A stretch of DNA of 32,000 bases from Erysipelothrix inopinata (GTDB lineage Bacteria; Bacillota_I; Bacilli_A; Erysipelotrichales; Erysipelotrichaceae). Positions 1 to 9,227 of this stretch are shown one piece after another. Positions within the stretch are counted from its first letter, which is position 1; each line of letters opens with the position of its first letter. The position numbers were made by a program, and so were the translations under genes. Under the pieces are notes generated by a model, which saw nothing but the letters and a program-made list of their open reading frames with translations, was not told where the DNA came from and made no database searches. The stretch lies in contig NZ_CP060715.1 of NCBI RefSeq assembly GCF_014396165.1, positions 1,200,001 to 1,232,000 of the forward strand, read 5' to 3'.

Positions 1-1
1 G

Positions 2-271
2 TTAACATGTTATGCGCAAACTCCAAAATTACAAAGTAATGCTTACGATGAGTTAAACGGTACAGCATTCTCTGATGGAACTCTCATGTTTGTGTATACT
101 TATCAGCTTGATGGTAAAACATATGCCGATAACATGGGATATACCAATATTGTTTATAATAATGGTAAAATTGATCAGAATGCGAAAATTTTAACATCAC
201 CAAAACAAGAGAAAGCATCGCTTGAAAAGATTCAAGGTGAGCTAAATACTAATGGATTTAAATGTGATTAA
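2..271 (+). CDS. 3' end of a CDS truncated by the window edge; hypothetical protein C-terminus
   Basis: Frame 2 is open from base 2 (LTCYAQTPKLQSNAYDELNGTAFSDGTL then MFVYTYQ...) to TAA at 269-271. The 61-aa track ORF (86..271) is therefore probably only the tail of a longer protein. A hairpin terminator follows. No family recognised. Confidence 0.5.
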   Translation, partial: LTCYAQTPKLQSNAYDELNGTAFSDGTLMFVYTYQLDGKTYADNMGYTNIVYNNGKIDQNAKILTSPKQEKASLEKIQGELNTNGFKCD

Positions 272-274
272 GAA

Positions 275-297
275 AAGAACGTCGTGTGACGTTCTTA
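275..297. terminator. Bidirectional intrinsic terminator between convergent genes
   Basis: Stem aagaacgtc (275-283), loop gtgt, stem gacgttctt (288-296). It is flanked by an A-run upstream and T-rich sequence downstream, so it can serve both the + gene and the - gene ending at 313. Confidence 0.6.
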
Positions 298-312
298 TTT
301 GTTTCTGGATAT

Positions 313-1044
313 TTATTTCCGCTTGAACATGGATTTTTTTAGTTCATCTAGGTGCTCAGGGAATTTGATGGATTTTGAAGTTGGAAAGGATCGAAGAATT
401 CTTCTTTCCGAAAATTTCAATTTGTTTTTAACTGCATCATAACGCGCTGTTAGTTCATCACGACGCTTGATTTGCTTCTCTTCCAAGTTGTCAACAATGG
501 TACTAATTTCATCTTTAATATCTTTAAGTTCCTTGAGATATTTTTTAAGATTTAAGGTTGATACGAGTGTAATTACGAAGTCAACAATAATGATGCTTCC
601 AGCAATAATCATAACCCAATGTTGGGTACTCAAAGATAGTTTAGATACCTCCACAATGATCGTTGGATGGACCCAAACGACAAGAATCACAGAAAGTGCT
701 CCAAACATTAAAGAATTTCGTAAACAAACGCGGCCATTGATATTGAACTTTCGCTTTGAATAATCCCACCAACGCATGTCGAATGCTTTTTCCATGATAT
801 AGCTTGTAATGTATTCTAAAGCACTTGTTAAGATAATTCCTAATATGAATACCAGTAGTGGATTGTCTAGAAAAGGATCAAGGACAAATAAAATTGTCAT
901 GGCACCAAATCCGTAAATAGGTACTAAAGGTCCATGTAGAAAGCCCCTTTCTACAAATTTCTTCGCTGGAATAGAACAGTAAACTGTTTCTAATATCCAT
1001 CCAATAAAACTATAAATTAACCAATAAATAAAATATGTTTGCAT
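313..1044 (-). CDS. Polytopic membrane protein, PF06541-like (the family named putative ABC-transporter type IV)
   Basis: 243-aa ORF. The N-terminus FIYWLIYSFIGWILETVYCSI..FVERGFLHGPLVPIYGFGAM matches my memory of the PF06541 signature. Several hydrophobic helices and a charged C-terminal tail. SD gaggtgagagg lies directly upstream of the ATG. Confidence 0.7.
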   Translation of the reverse strand: MQTYFIYWLIYSFIGWILETVYCSIPAKKFVERGFLHGPLVPIYGFGAMTILFVLDPFLDNPLLVFILGIILTSALEYITSYIMEKAFDMRWWDYSKRKFNINGRVCLRNSLMFGALSVILVVWVHPTIIVEVSKLSLSTQHWVMIIAGSIIIVDFVITLVSTLNLKKYLKELKDIKDEISTIVDNLEEKQIKRRDELTARYDAVKNKLKFSERRILRSFPTSKSIKFPEHLDELKKSMFKRK

Positions 1045-1187
1045 CCTCTCACCTCAATTAATACACATTATAACAGACTCGGATATGATTAGAAACAAAG
1101 GACAAGTTTAGATTTAAGACTGTGGATAATTTCATGACATAAATCGTGATTATCATAACGTGTATACAAAAAAAATATGGTTAAGGG

Positions 1188-1216
1188 TTGACAAGGTTAA
1201 AAAGTGTATGTATCAT
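1188..1216 (+). promoter_or_regulatory. Sigma-A type promoter for the M-box/mgtA transcript
   Basis: TTGACA (1188-1193), 17-nt spacer, TATCAT (1211-1216). Lies about 35 nt upstream of the riboswitch. Confidence 0.6.
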
Positions 1217-1249
1217 AGGTCACGGAATAAGTTGAAAACAAAATTTAAT

Positions 1250-1392
1250 ATCGGTAGGTGAGGCTACCATAGGGATACGGATTACTGCCGCAAAATAGTG
1301 GAGACACTATGAGATGGTCAACAGTCTAGGTCAACAAGGCGTAGAATAATGTAATTTCATTGCCCTATGGAGTTAAAGCTTGAACGAAGACA
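1250..1392 (+). promoter_or_regulatory. M-box (ykoK-type) Mg2+ riboswitch aptamer
   Basis: TCGGTAGGTGAGGCTACC...GATACGGATTACTGCCG...GGAGACAC...GGTCAACAG...AAGGC...TGCCCTATGGAGTTAAAGCT follows the conserved M-box blocks (GUUAGGUGAGGCU, CUGCC, GGGUCAACAG, AAGGC, GCUAAAGCU). It sits directly upstream of a Mg2+ P-type ATPase, the classic context. Confidence 0.85.
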
Positions 1393-1413
1393 ATAAATAT
1401 TTTTTAGTATGTT

Positions 1414-1448
1414 AAACCACGTCTTTGTTTAGGCGTGGTATTTTTTTG
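1414..1448 (+). terminator. Riboswitch expression-platform intrinsic terminator
   Basis: Stem accacgtct (1416-1424), loop ttgttt, stem aggcgtggt (1431-1439, one G-U pair), followed by a then T7 (1441-1447). Confidence 0.8.
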
Positions 1449-1475
1449 TTTGAACGAAAGAAGGGAGTGGTAACC

Positions 1476-1565
1476 ATGCAATCGTGTTGTTGTAGGGGTA
1501 TAAAACAATTTAATAATAGGCGAAACATGTTGGGTGGTTTGACACTCTCATATCGATTGTTGTAG
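1476..1565 (+). CDS. Candidate 29-codon leader ORF between M-box terminator and mgtA ([29 protein letters not shown])
   Basis: Below the track size cut-off. ATG at 1476 is preceded by GAAGGGAG, with GGGAG ending 8 nt before the ATG. TAG at 1563-1565. No homology evidence; the only support is the SD and its position. Confidence 0.3.
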   Translation: MQSCCCRGIKQFNNRRNMLGGLTLSYRLL

Positions 1566-1608
1566 CTGTTTTGTATCCTACTTATTTATGTTAAGGGAGG
1601 ATATAACG

Positions 1609-4320
1609 ATGACAATGAATAAAAAAACTGTAAGCCGCGAAGCTTACGAAACACTTAAAGCAATGCGTGCACAAGATCGCTTAAAAGAAGCAGCAATCTT
1701 GGACACTGAAGAACTAACAACGAATTTGAAATCTACACGTGAAGGACTTCAAACACGTCGTGTTGATAAAGCAAGAGAAGATTTTGGGGAAAATAAAATA
1801 AAATATGGAAAAGAAGACAGTGTTTTAATGAAGGTTATCAAAGCATTCATTAATCCCTTCACTTCAATTTTAATTGCTCTTGCACTTGTATCTGGATTTA
1901 CAGATATTATTCTTGCAGAACCTGGAGAAGCGGATCCAACAACCGTAATTATCATTACACTTATGGTGTTAATCAGTGGTATCTTACGTTATGTACAAGA
2001 AGCAAAATCAAATAATGCAGCAGAAAAACTATCAGAAATGGTTGAGACCACTACGCTTGTTGAACGAAGAGGCGAAGGAAAACAAGAACTTCCAATTGAT
2101 GAAGTGGTTGTAGGCGATATGATTTATCTTTCTGCAGGAGATATGATTCCAGCTGATATGAGAATTTTAGAAGCAAAAGACCTCTTTATTACTCAAGCAG
2201 CACTAACTGGCGAAAGCGAGCACATCGAAAAGAATGCGCGAACAGTAACGATCGCACATGAAAACTTAACAGATAATGAAAACCTCGTATTCATGGGAAG
2301 CGATGTCATTAGTGGTGCAGCAAAGGGAATCGTAGTTGCTGTAGGAAGCGATACATTATTCGGAAGCATTTCTGAAAATGTTGCGGAGGATACTGTCGAA
2401 ACAAGTTTCGAAAAAGGCGTTAACTCAGTCAGTTGGCTACTCATTCGTTTCATGTTAGTGATGGTTCCTATTGTACTTTTCCTTAATGGATTTACAAAAG
2501 GAGACTGGATGGGAGCATTCCTATTCGCAATTTCCGTAGCAGTTGGACTTACACCTGAAATGTTACCTATGATTGTCACAACATCACTAGCTAAAGGTGC
2601 TGTATCCATGTCTAAAGAAAAGACAATTGTGAAGTCACTTAATTCGATTCAAAATATTGGTGCCATGGATATTCTTTGTACTGATAAAACAGGAACACTA
2701 ACTCAAGATCGAGTTGTTCTTGAATATCACTTGGATGTGTTGGGAAATGATAATGATCGTGTTCTCAGACATGCATATTTGAATAGTTATTTCCAAACTG
2801 GACTCAAAAACTTGATGGACAAATCAATCATTGAGAAAGTTAACGAACGAAGTGACCAAGAAGCATTCAAAGACTTAGATATGCGCTATCATAAAGTAGA
2901 CGAAGTACCTTTTGACTTTAACCGCCGTCGAATGTCAGTAGTGGTATCTGATAAGCATAATAAACGCCAAATGATTACAAAAGGTGCAGTAGAAGAAATG
3001 TTAAACATTTGTTCTTATGTTGAAGTAGGAAATGAAGTCGTGCCTCTTAAAGAATCCATGATTCAAGAAATTACAAAGACAGTCGATGAGCTAAACGAAA
3101 AAGGAATGCGTGTAATTGCATTAGCTCAAAAAACAAATCCCGCTCCAGTAGGAGAATTCTCAGTAGAGGATGAAAGAGAAATGGTTCTCATGGGGTATCT
3201 TGCATTCCTAGATCCACCTAAAGAAAGTGCACAAGAAGCTATTGAAAAACTTGCTTACTTTGGCGTTACAACGAAGGTAATTACGGGTGATAATGAAAAA
3301 GTAACACGATCAATTTGTAATATGATTGGACTTGAAAATGAAAAAATTATTCTCGGAAGCGATGTTGAAAACTTCACACAGGAAGAATTGAATGTTGCTG
3401 TAGAAAAATATAATATCTTTGCGAAAATGTCACCAAGCCAAAAAGCATTAGTTGTAGAAACACTTCGTGATTTGGGACATACTGTTGGGTTTATGGGAGA
3501 CGGTATTAATGATGCGCCAGCAATGAAGGCCGCAGATATTGGTATTTCCGTTGATACAGGAGTTGATATTGCAAAGGAATCAGCAGAAGTAATCTTACTC
3601 GAAAAAGATCTCCTTGTCCTTGAGAAAGGGATTATCGAAGGACGTAAGACTTATGCAAACATGATTAAATATATCAAGATGACTGCAAGCTCAAACTTTG
3701 GAAACGTATTCTCAGTCTTAATTGCAAGTGCATTCTTACCGTTCTTACCAATGGAAGCAATCCATCTTGTGCTCTTAAACTTAATCTATGATATTTCTTG
3801 TATCGCAATTCCTTGGGATAATGTAGATGAAGAATTCTTGCGCGTTCCTCGTAAATGGGATGCAACATCGATTCGTAACTTTATGATTATTATTGGACCT
3901 ACAAGTTCAGTCTTTGATATTACAACTTACCTACTAATGTTCTACATTATTGGACCACAAGTTGTGGGAATGCCATATAGTGAAATTACGAGCCCAGAAA
4001 CTCGTGCACTCTTTATTGCCGTATTCCAAGCAGGCTGGTTCGTCGAATCCATGTGGTCACAAACACTTGTTATTCACATGATACGTACACCAAAGATTCC
4101 ATTCCTACAAAGTCGTGCATCAACATCACTAACCTTGCTCACTTTCGCAGCAATTATTGGACTTACAGTAATTCCATTTACTGGATTTGGTGCATCAATT
4201 GGATTAGCACCACTTCCACTGAATTACTTCTTCTGGCTTGCAATTACGATTGTTCTATACATGGTACTCGCAACAATTGCTAAGAACTACTTTATTAAAC
4301 GATATGGTGAGCTCCTATAA
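1609..4320 (+). CDS. mgtA: Magnesium-translocating P-type ATPase (MgtA/MgtB type)
   Basis: 903 aa from ATG 1609. SD AAGGGAGG (1593-1600) is spaced 8 nt, whereas the track start at 1588 has no SD. Motifs DKTGTLT (phosphorylation site), [13 protein letters not shown]. Ten-TM architecture and an M-box leader. Confidence 0.9.
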   Translation: MTMNKKTVSREAYETLKAMRAQDRLKEAAILDTEELTTNLKSTREGLQTRRVDKAREDFGENKIKYGKEDSVLMKVIKAFINPFTSILIALALVSGFTDIILAEPGEADPTTVIIITLMVLISGILRYVQEAKSNNAAEKLSEMVETTTLVERRGEGKQELPIDEVVVGDMIYLSAGDMIPADMRILEAKDLFITQAALTGESEHIEKNARTVTIAHENLTDNENLVFMGSDVISGAAKGIVVAVGSDTLFGSISENVAEDTVETSFEKGVNSVSWLLIRFMLVMVPIVLFLNGFTKGDWMGAFLFAISVAVGLTPEMLPMIVTTSLAKGAVSMSKEKTIVKSLNSIQNIGAMDILCTDKTGTLTQDRVVLEYHLDVLGNDNDRVLRHAYLNSYFQTGLKNLMDKSIIEKVNERSDQEAFKDLDMRYHKVDEVPFDFNRRRMSVVVSDKHNKRQMITKGAVEEMLNICSYVEVGNEVVPLKESMIQEITKTVDELNEKGMRVIALAQKTNPAPVGEFSVEDEREMVLMGYLAFLDPPKESAQEAIEKLAYFGVTTKVITGDNEKVTRSICNMIGLENEKIILGSDVENFTQEELNVAVEKYNIFAKMSPSQKALVVETLRDLGHTVGFMGDGINDAPAMKAADIGISVDTGVDIAKESAEVILLEKDLLVLEKGIIEGRKTYANMIKYIKMTASSNFGNVFSVLIASAFLPFLPMEAIHLVLLNLIYDISCIAIPWDNVDEEFLRVPRKWDATSIRNFMIIIGPTSSVFDITTYLLMFYIIGPQVVGMPYSEITSPETRALFIAVFQAGWFVESMWSQTLVIHMIRTPKIPFLQSRASTSLTLLTFAAIIGLTVIPFTGFGASIGLAPLPLNYFFWLAITIVLYMVLATIAKNYFIKRYGELL

Positions 4321-4381
4321 TAATTTATGAGTTTCATAAAAATATGATACAATTATTCCATAAGAAATTAGGAGACTTAGG

Positions 4382-6112
4382 ATGAAAAAACTACTACTAT
4401 CCATTTTAGCGCTCTTGTTAGTACTCACAGGATGTACTCAGAAAGAATCTAAAGAACTGGATTATACTGAAGTAATGAATGAAATGTTTGAGTCAGCAGT
4501 TAATGGTACTGACTTTGGAATTAACTTCCTATTTCTGAATCCAGAAAAATTTGGGATTGAGAGAACAGACTATAAAGCAACATTCACAACTAAAGAAGAC
4601 TATGCTGCTTCAATTGAAGACAGTAAAAATCTTTTAAAGGAATTAAGCCAAATTGATGTGAGTGATTTAAATGATCAACAAAAGCTTGATCTCGAAGTCG
4701 TCAAAGAATCTTTGGAAACTTCCATTGCTATGGAGAAATTCTACGAATATGAAACAGGTTCGGGTTTAATTGGATACTCCCGTAGCTTAATGAATAGTTT
4801 AACTTCAACCCTTGAATCGTATCGATTCCGTGATGAACAAGATGTCAAAGGATATTTAAGTTATGTAGAATCCTTGCCAGCAACTTTTAAAGGTGCTGTT
4901 GAATTAGAACTGACACGCCAGAAAAATGGTACAGGGTTTGGTCAAGAAGAATTGGATGAAATTGTATCTCAAGCTCAAACAACAGCAGATTCTATAAATG
5001 ATGACTTCTTCTTGATAGATCATTTTAATACCGAACTTGCAACTATCGATTCCGTTAAGAATGATACGAAACTTATGGCAACGTATCAACAACGTAATAA
5101 AGAGGCGATTACAAAATCACTCAAAGAATCGTATCAAATTATTGCAGATGGCTTGAAAGACATTGAAGCAAAACCTTCGACAGGACTTGCTGGTCGTAAA
5201 GACGGTAAAGAATACTATGAGGTATTACTCCAACAAGAAACAGGAAGAAAACTCTCCATGAGGAAGATTAAGAAGAAATTGGATCAATGGGAAGAAGAAA
5301 ATATTCTAACGCTTATGGCCATTGCACGTGCTGGAAATTATGATAAGTACCAAGCGATGTATGCTGCGAATAAGTATGGTGATTTTAAAGATGGGTTTGA
5401 ACTCATTTCGTTTATTGAGGCAAACATGAATGATGATTTTCCTGAAATTGAAACTGTAAACTATGATTTAAAGAAAGTTGATGACTCAATCTCTGAAGGA
5501 GCAAGCCCTGCTTTCTACTTCACACCAGCAATGGACTATGATGGATCTGAGAAACAACATATCTATATTAATGGTGATTTTGATAATAAATCATTTACAA
5601 CCTATTCTCATGAATCAGTCCCCGGACATATGTATCAATTTAATTACTTTATTCAAAAAAATACAGAACAAGCACCAGTCCGTTCACTTCTGAATTACTC
5701 AGGTCATGCGGAAGGTTGGGCAAACTATGTTGAAAATCGTGGCGTCGCATACCTTTATGACGAAGAATACTATGATTTCTATCAAGCCATTACCAATTTA
5801 AATAAAATAATGGAAGTTAGGTTTGATATTGGGGTTAACTATGATGGATGGTCTGTGGAAGAATTTCATGATCAGCTTCTCGAAGCCACCGGAAACCCAG
5901 AAATTTCTGAGGATGTTTCTAAGAAAATATTCTTAACCCTTGCGCACACTCCAGCGGCTGCACCCACATATTATCTCAGCAGTCTTTACATTGAAGAAAT
6001 GCGCCAAGAGTATCTAAAAAATCATGAAGGATCAACAAACAAACAATTTCATGAAGCATTCCTTGATCTAGGACCTGCCAGTTTCGATACAATTGATAAG
6101 TTTTTAAAATAA
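4382..6112 (+). CDS. Lipoprotein, DUF885-type (metallopeptidase-like HExxxGH motif)
   Basis: The signal peptide MKKLLLSILALLLVLTGC carries a lipobox (LTG-C). HESVPGHMYQ resembles the DUF885 HE..PGH motif. SD aggag upstream. Confidence 0.8.
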   Translation: MKKLLLSILALLLVLTGCTQKESKELDYTEVMNEMFESAVNGTDFGINFLFLNPEKFGIERTDYKATFTTKEDYAASIEDSKNLLKELSQIDVSDLNDQQKLDLEVVKESLETSIAMEKFYEYETGSGLIGYSRSLMNSLTSTLESYRFRDEQDVKGYLSYVESLPATFKGAVELELTRQKNGTGFGQEELDEIVSQAQTTADSINDDFFLIDHFNTELATIDSVKNDTKLMATYQQRNKEAITKSLKESYQIIADGLKDIEAKPSTGLAGRKDGKEYYEVLLQQETGRKLSMRKIKKKLDQWEEENILTLMAIARAGNYDKYQAMYAANKYGDFKDGFELISFIEANMNDDFPEIETVNYDLKKVDDSISEGASPAFYFTPAMDYDGSEKQHIYINGDFDNKSFTTYSHESVPGHMYQFNYFIQKNTEQAPVRSLLNYSGHAEGWANYVENRGVAYLYDEEYYDFYQAITNLNKIMEVRFDIGVNYDGWSVEEFHDQLLEATGNPEISEDVSKKIFLTLAHTPAAAPTYYLSSLYIEEMRQEYLKNHEGSTNKQFHEAFLDLGPASFDTIDKFLK

Positions 6113-6117
6113 ATTGC

Positions 6118-6146
6118 AAAAGCGCCACAATACGTGGCGCTTTAAA
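6118..6146. terminator. Bidirectional intrinsic terminator (DUF885 gene / TetR gene)
   Basis: aaagcgccac (6119-6128), loop aatac, gtggcgcttt (6134-6143). A/T runs on both sides; lies between convergent stops. Confidence 0.7.
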
Positions 6147-6148
6147 TT

Positions 6149-6709
6149 TTAATAGAGTACGTTTTCGATTGTTTGTACGAGAATAGAAATGCTATTTTGC
6201 TTCGTACGAAGTGCTGTGAGGATATTCATCATCACGAAACGATTAAAGTCTTTAGGTGTGTAAGTTTCGCTCCAAACATCATTTTTGACTGTTTCATCTT
6301 GATTTAAGACTTTTAAAAATTGTTGGTCAAACATCCTAAATTGTTTATCTCTTAGTCCCAGTCCCGTTCTTTTATCTTCATCACTCATTGTTTTATAGTG
6401 TGAAATAAAAAGAGATTGATATTGATCGGCATATTTGTAAAGAACATCATAGATTGATGATACATAAGACGCGTAATTGAGATTATCGGGGACTTCCTTG
6501 AGGTTTTCTTGGAGTACTCTTTTCCAAAAATCTTCCACAAGTGCGAATACAATTGCTGATTTAGATGGGAAGTAATTGTAGACAGATCCAACTGAAACAT
6601 TTGCACGTTGTGCTATTGTACGGATGTTCAGATTCTCTGACCCCTCATTAAATACGATGTCATTCGCAACATCGAGTAATGCTTCTTTACTGATTTGGCT
6701 TTTCTTCAT
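6149..6709 (-). CDS. TetR/AcrR family transcriptional regulator
   Basis: 186 aa from the ATG at 6709 (SD GGGGGTGA upstream on the minus strand; the track start at 6727 lacks one). N-terminal [27 protein letters not shown] is typical of TetR_N. Confidence 0.85.
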   Translation of the reverse strand: MKKSQISKEALLDVANDIVFNEGSENLNIRTIAQRANVSVGSVYNYFPSKSAIVFALVEDFWKRVLQENLKEVPDNLNYASYVSSIYDVLYKYADQYQSLFISHYKTMSDEDKRTGLGLRDKQFRMFDQQFLKVLNQDETVKNDVWSETYTPKDFNRFVMMNILTALRTKQNSISILVQTIENVLY

Positions 6710-6754
6710 ACAATCACCCCTAAACAAAGCACATTATATGTTTTGCTTAGAAAC

Positions 6755-6782
6755 TTGTCAAATAATTTGGTTCGGGTATACT
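6755..6782 (+). promoter_or_regulatory. Promoter for yjdM, with a small palindrome overlapping the -35 and spacer
   Basis: TTGTCA (6755-6760), 16 nt, TATACT (6777-6782). The palindrome CAAAT-A-ATTTG (6759-6769) overlaps the -35/spacer. Confidence 0.45.
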
Positions 6783-6805
6783 TGAGGGGAAGGAGATTTG
6801 ATAAA

Positions 6806-7129
6806 ATGAGTTTACCAAATTGCCCAAGCTGCAATTCAGAATATACTTATGAAGATCGTGGACTTTACATTTGTCCAGAATGTGCACACGAATGGAATGA
6901 GTTATCCGCACAAAGTGATGCGATTGTTGATGCAAATGGTGTTGTCCTCAATGATGGGGATGACGTTATTGTACTCAAAGATTTAAAAGTGAAAGGAAGC
7001 TCTGGTACTCTTAAACAAGGAACGAAAGCAAAAAATATTCGACTTGTTGATGGTGATCATAATATTGATTGTAAAATCGATGGTTTTGGAAAAATGAGCT
7101 TAAAATCTGAATTTGTTAAGAAAGCATAA
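6806..7129 (+). CDS. yjdM: Zinc-ribbon protein YjdM/PhnA
   Basis: 107 aa from ATG 6806 (SD aaggag upstream). [31 protein letters not shown]...[45 protein letters not shown] is near-collinear with E. coli YjdM as I remember it. Confidence 0.9.
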   Translation: MSLPNCPSCNSEYTYEDRGLYICPECAHEWNELSAQSDAIVDANGVVLNDGDDVIVLKDLKVKGSSGTLKQGTKAKNIRLVDGDHNIDCKIDGFGKMSLKSEFVKKA

Positions 7130-7130
7130 G

Positions 7131-7162
7131 AAAACGTCCTCGTTGTGAGGACGCTTTTTTTT
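7131..7162. terminator. Bidirectional intrinsic terminator (yjdM / nagB)
   Basis: cgtcctc (7135-7141), loop gttgt, gaggacg (7147-7153), then c and T8. An A-run lies on the other side for the minus-strand gene. Confidence 0.7.
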
Positions 7163-7172
7163 GATTTAATGA

Positions 7173-7895
7173 TTATTGATATTTTGTTAAATCAAGACGT
7201 GATGCTGCTTGTTTATCTACGATAACGATAACATCATCGTGGTTTTGTAATGCACTTGCAGGAAGATCTGTTGAAGGAGTTTCTTCTAACATTCCGTAAA
7301 TTGCATCTTTCTTAGCTTCACCGTATGCGAATAGCACAATTTTCTTAGCAGATAAAATTGATTTGATTCCCATTGAGTAAGCAAAACGAGGAACATCTTC
7401 AATTGAAGCAAAGTTTCTTGAGTTTGCTTTGATTGTTGATTCAGTTAATGCTACTTTTTCTGTTAATGAATCAAATGAAGCCCCTGGTTCGTTAAATCCA
7501 ATATGACCATTTTCTCCAATACCTAAGATTTGAACATCGATAGGATTGTCAGCAATGATTTTGTTATAACGAGCACATTCAACTTCTGCATTTTCTTCAA
7601 GACCATTTGGTAGGTAATTTGCTTTAAATGGTTTTTTAGCGAATAGGTGTTCGTTCATGAAATAGTGGTAGCTTTGATCGTGATCAGCTGCTAATCCAAT
7701 ATATTCGTCCAAGTTAACTGAAACTGTATTTGTAAAGTCTAAGTCACTTGCTGTAAGTTCGTTATAGAATGTGATTGGTGTGCTTCCTGTTGCTAAACCA
7801 AATACATTTAAATTTCCATCTTTTAATTCTTTTGCAATAATATCGTATCCGAGTTTTGCTCCTTCGATATTATCTTCTACTACGTATAATTTCAT
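7173..7895 (-). CDS. nagB: Glucosamine-6-phosphate deaminase
   Basis: 240 aa. FGLATGSTP, NLDEY.GL and GIGENGHIGFNEPG motifs are typical of NagB. Confidence 0.9.
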   Translation of the reverse strand: MKLYVVEDNIEGAKLGYDIIAKELKDGNLNVFGLATGSTPITFYNELTASDLDFTNTVSVNLDEYIGLAADHDQSYHYFMNEHLFAKKPFKANYLPNGLEENAEVECARYNKIIADNPIDVQILGIGENGHIGFNEPGASFDSLTEKVALTESTIKANSRNFASIEDVPRFAYSMGIKSILSAKKIVLFAYGEAKKDAIYGMLEETPSTDLPASALQNHDDVIVIVDKQAASRLDLTKYQ

Positions 7896-7979
7896 CTTAT
7901 CTACCTCACTTAGTTACACTGTTCATTATAATCAATACAAATATAAAATCAAATATATTCAACAATTATTTTGTGTTGG

Positions 7980-7988
7980 TGCTATAAT
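7980..7988 (+). promoter_or_regulatory. Extended -10 element of the nagA promoter in the nagB/nagA divergent region
   Basis: TGcTATAAT at 7980-7988, 40 nt upstream of the nagA ATG. No good -35 was seen. Confidence 0.4.
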
Positions 7989-8027
7989 TGTCGTGTTAAG
8001 GTTCTTGATAACAAGGAGGTATTTATT

Positions 8028-9182
8028 ATGTTAATCAAAAATGGCCGTATCTATTTACAAGATCGCGTAATCGAAAACGGGTATCTTGTACTTGAAGGTG
8101 AAACAATCAAGTCTTTCGGATGTATGGATAACCTTCCAGCATATGATGGAGACATCATTGATGCGAAAGGAAATAACGTACTTCCAGGTTTTATTGATCA
8201 ACACATTCACGGTGCTAACGGTGCCGACCATATGGATGCGACTCAAGAAGCATTAGAAACAATTGCTACATTCTTACCAAAAGAAGGAACAACAAGCTAT
8301 CTTGCAACAACAATGACACAATCTGTTGAAGCAGTTGACAAAGCACTCGTTGAAATCAAAAAATATGCCGAAACCAGCAATGGTCCCGGACAAGCTGAAA
8401 TTATGGGTGTTCACTTAGAAGGTCCATTTATCTCAGAAAAACACATTGGTGCTCAAAACCCTAAATATGTTTTAAAACCAACTGTTAAAGATTTTGATCA
8501 CTTCTATGAAGTATCGGGAAAAATGGTTCGCTTAATTACTTATGCACCAGAAGAAGCAGAAAAAGGATTTACGGATCACTTAAGAAGCTTGAATGTTGTA
8601 CCATCAGCAGGACATACTGATGCAACATATGATCAAATTGTAAGTGAAATAGGACAAGGATTATCCAACCTTACTCACTTCCATAATGCAATGACGCCAC
8701 ACCACCACCGTCAACCAGGTGTTGTTACTGCTGGTTTCATTAATGAAACACTTAAAGCAGAAATGATTGTTGATGGTATTCATGTTAACCCTGCAGTTGT
8801 TAAAGCAACCTACGAAATTAAAGGTGCAGACAACTTTATCGCAATCACTGACTCCATGAGAGCTAAAGGTCTTCCAGATGGTAAATATGACCTCGGTGGA
8901 CAAGAAGTTACTAAAGAAGGTAAATACTGCCGTATTGAATCAGGAGCACTTGCTGGTTCTGTTGCAGAAATGGACTTCGTCGTTCGTAACATTAAAAACT
9001 TTACAGACTGCTCAATGAGTGATGTTGTGAAGATGTCATCTGAAAATGCAGCATTACACTTAGGTATCTTCGGACGTAAAGGAAGTATTGAAATCGGTAA
9101 AGACGCTGATATTGTTATTGTTGATAATGATATCAATGTTCAAACAACAATTTGCCGTGGTATTGTTGCTTACACAAAATAA
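8028..9182 (+). CDS. nagA: N-acetylglucosamine-6-phosphate deacetylase
   Basis: 384 aa from ATG 8028 (SD AAGGAGG spaced 8 nt; the track start at 7971 has none). MLIKNGRIY..., the metal-binding QHIHG motif, amidohydrolase fold, and pairing with nagB. Confidence 0.9.
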   Translation: MLIKNGRIYLQDRVIENGYLVLEGETIKSFGCMDNLPAYDGDIIDAKGNNVLPGFIDQHIHGANGADHMDATQEALETIATFLPKEGTTSYLATTMTQSVEAVDKALVEIKKYAETSNGPGQAEIMGVHLEGPFISEKHIGAQNPKYVLKPTVKDFDHFYEVSGKMVRLITYAPEEAEKGFTDHLRSLNVVPSAGHTDATYDQIVSEIGQGLSNLTHFHNAMTPHHHRQPGVVTAGFINETLKAEMIVDGIHVNPAVVKATYEIKGADNFIAITDSMRAKGLPDGKYDLGGQEVTKEGKYCRIESGALAGSVAEMDFVVRNIKNFTDCSMSDVVKMSSENAALHLGIFGRKGSIEIGKDADIVIVDNDINVQTTICRGIVAYTK

Positions 9183-9189
9183 AGAAAAC

Positions 9190-9222
9190 AAAAACTCAGT
9201 TCCGTATGGATCTGAGTTTTTA
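9190..9222. terminator. Bidirectional intrinsic terminator (nagA / pepF)
   Basis: aaaactcag (9191-9199) pairs with ctgagtttt (9212-9220), with inner tcc/gga pairing. A-run before and T-run after. Confidence 0.65.
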
Positions 9223-9227
9223 TATGC

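Noticed and set aside
467-763. 98-aa plus-strand ORF opposite the PF06541-like membrane protein
   Set aside because: A shadow ORF antisense to a well-supported membrane protein gene, with no SD.
1588-1608. Track start codon of mgtA at 1588 (MLREDIT...)
   Set aside because: No SD precedes 1588; this ATG lies within or just upstream of the AAGGGAGG SD that serves the ATG at 1609. The start was moved to 1609.
1749-4283. ORFs inside or antisense to mgtA (1749..1955, 2193..2609, 3674..3868, 4053..4283)
   Set aside because: All are embedded in a CDS with strong P-type ATPase motifs, lack SDs, and have low-complexity or odd composition. They are typical shadow ORFs.
7771-8034. 87-aa ORF spanning the nagB 5' end and the nagB/nagA intergenic region
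   Set aside because: It overlaps nagB antisense and runs through the promoter region. It has no SD, and the nagA start at 8028 is well supported.
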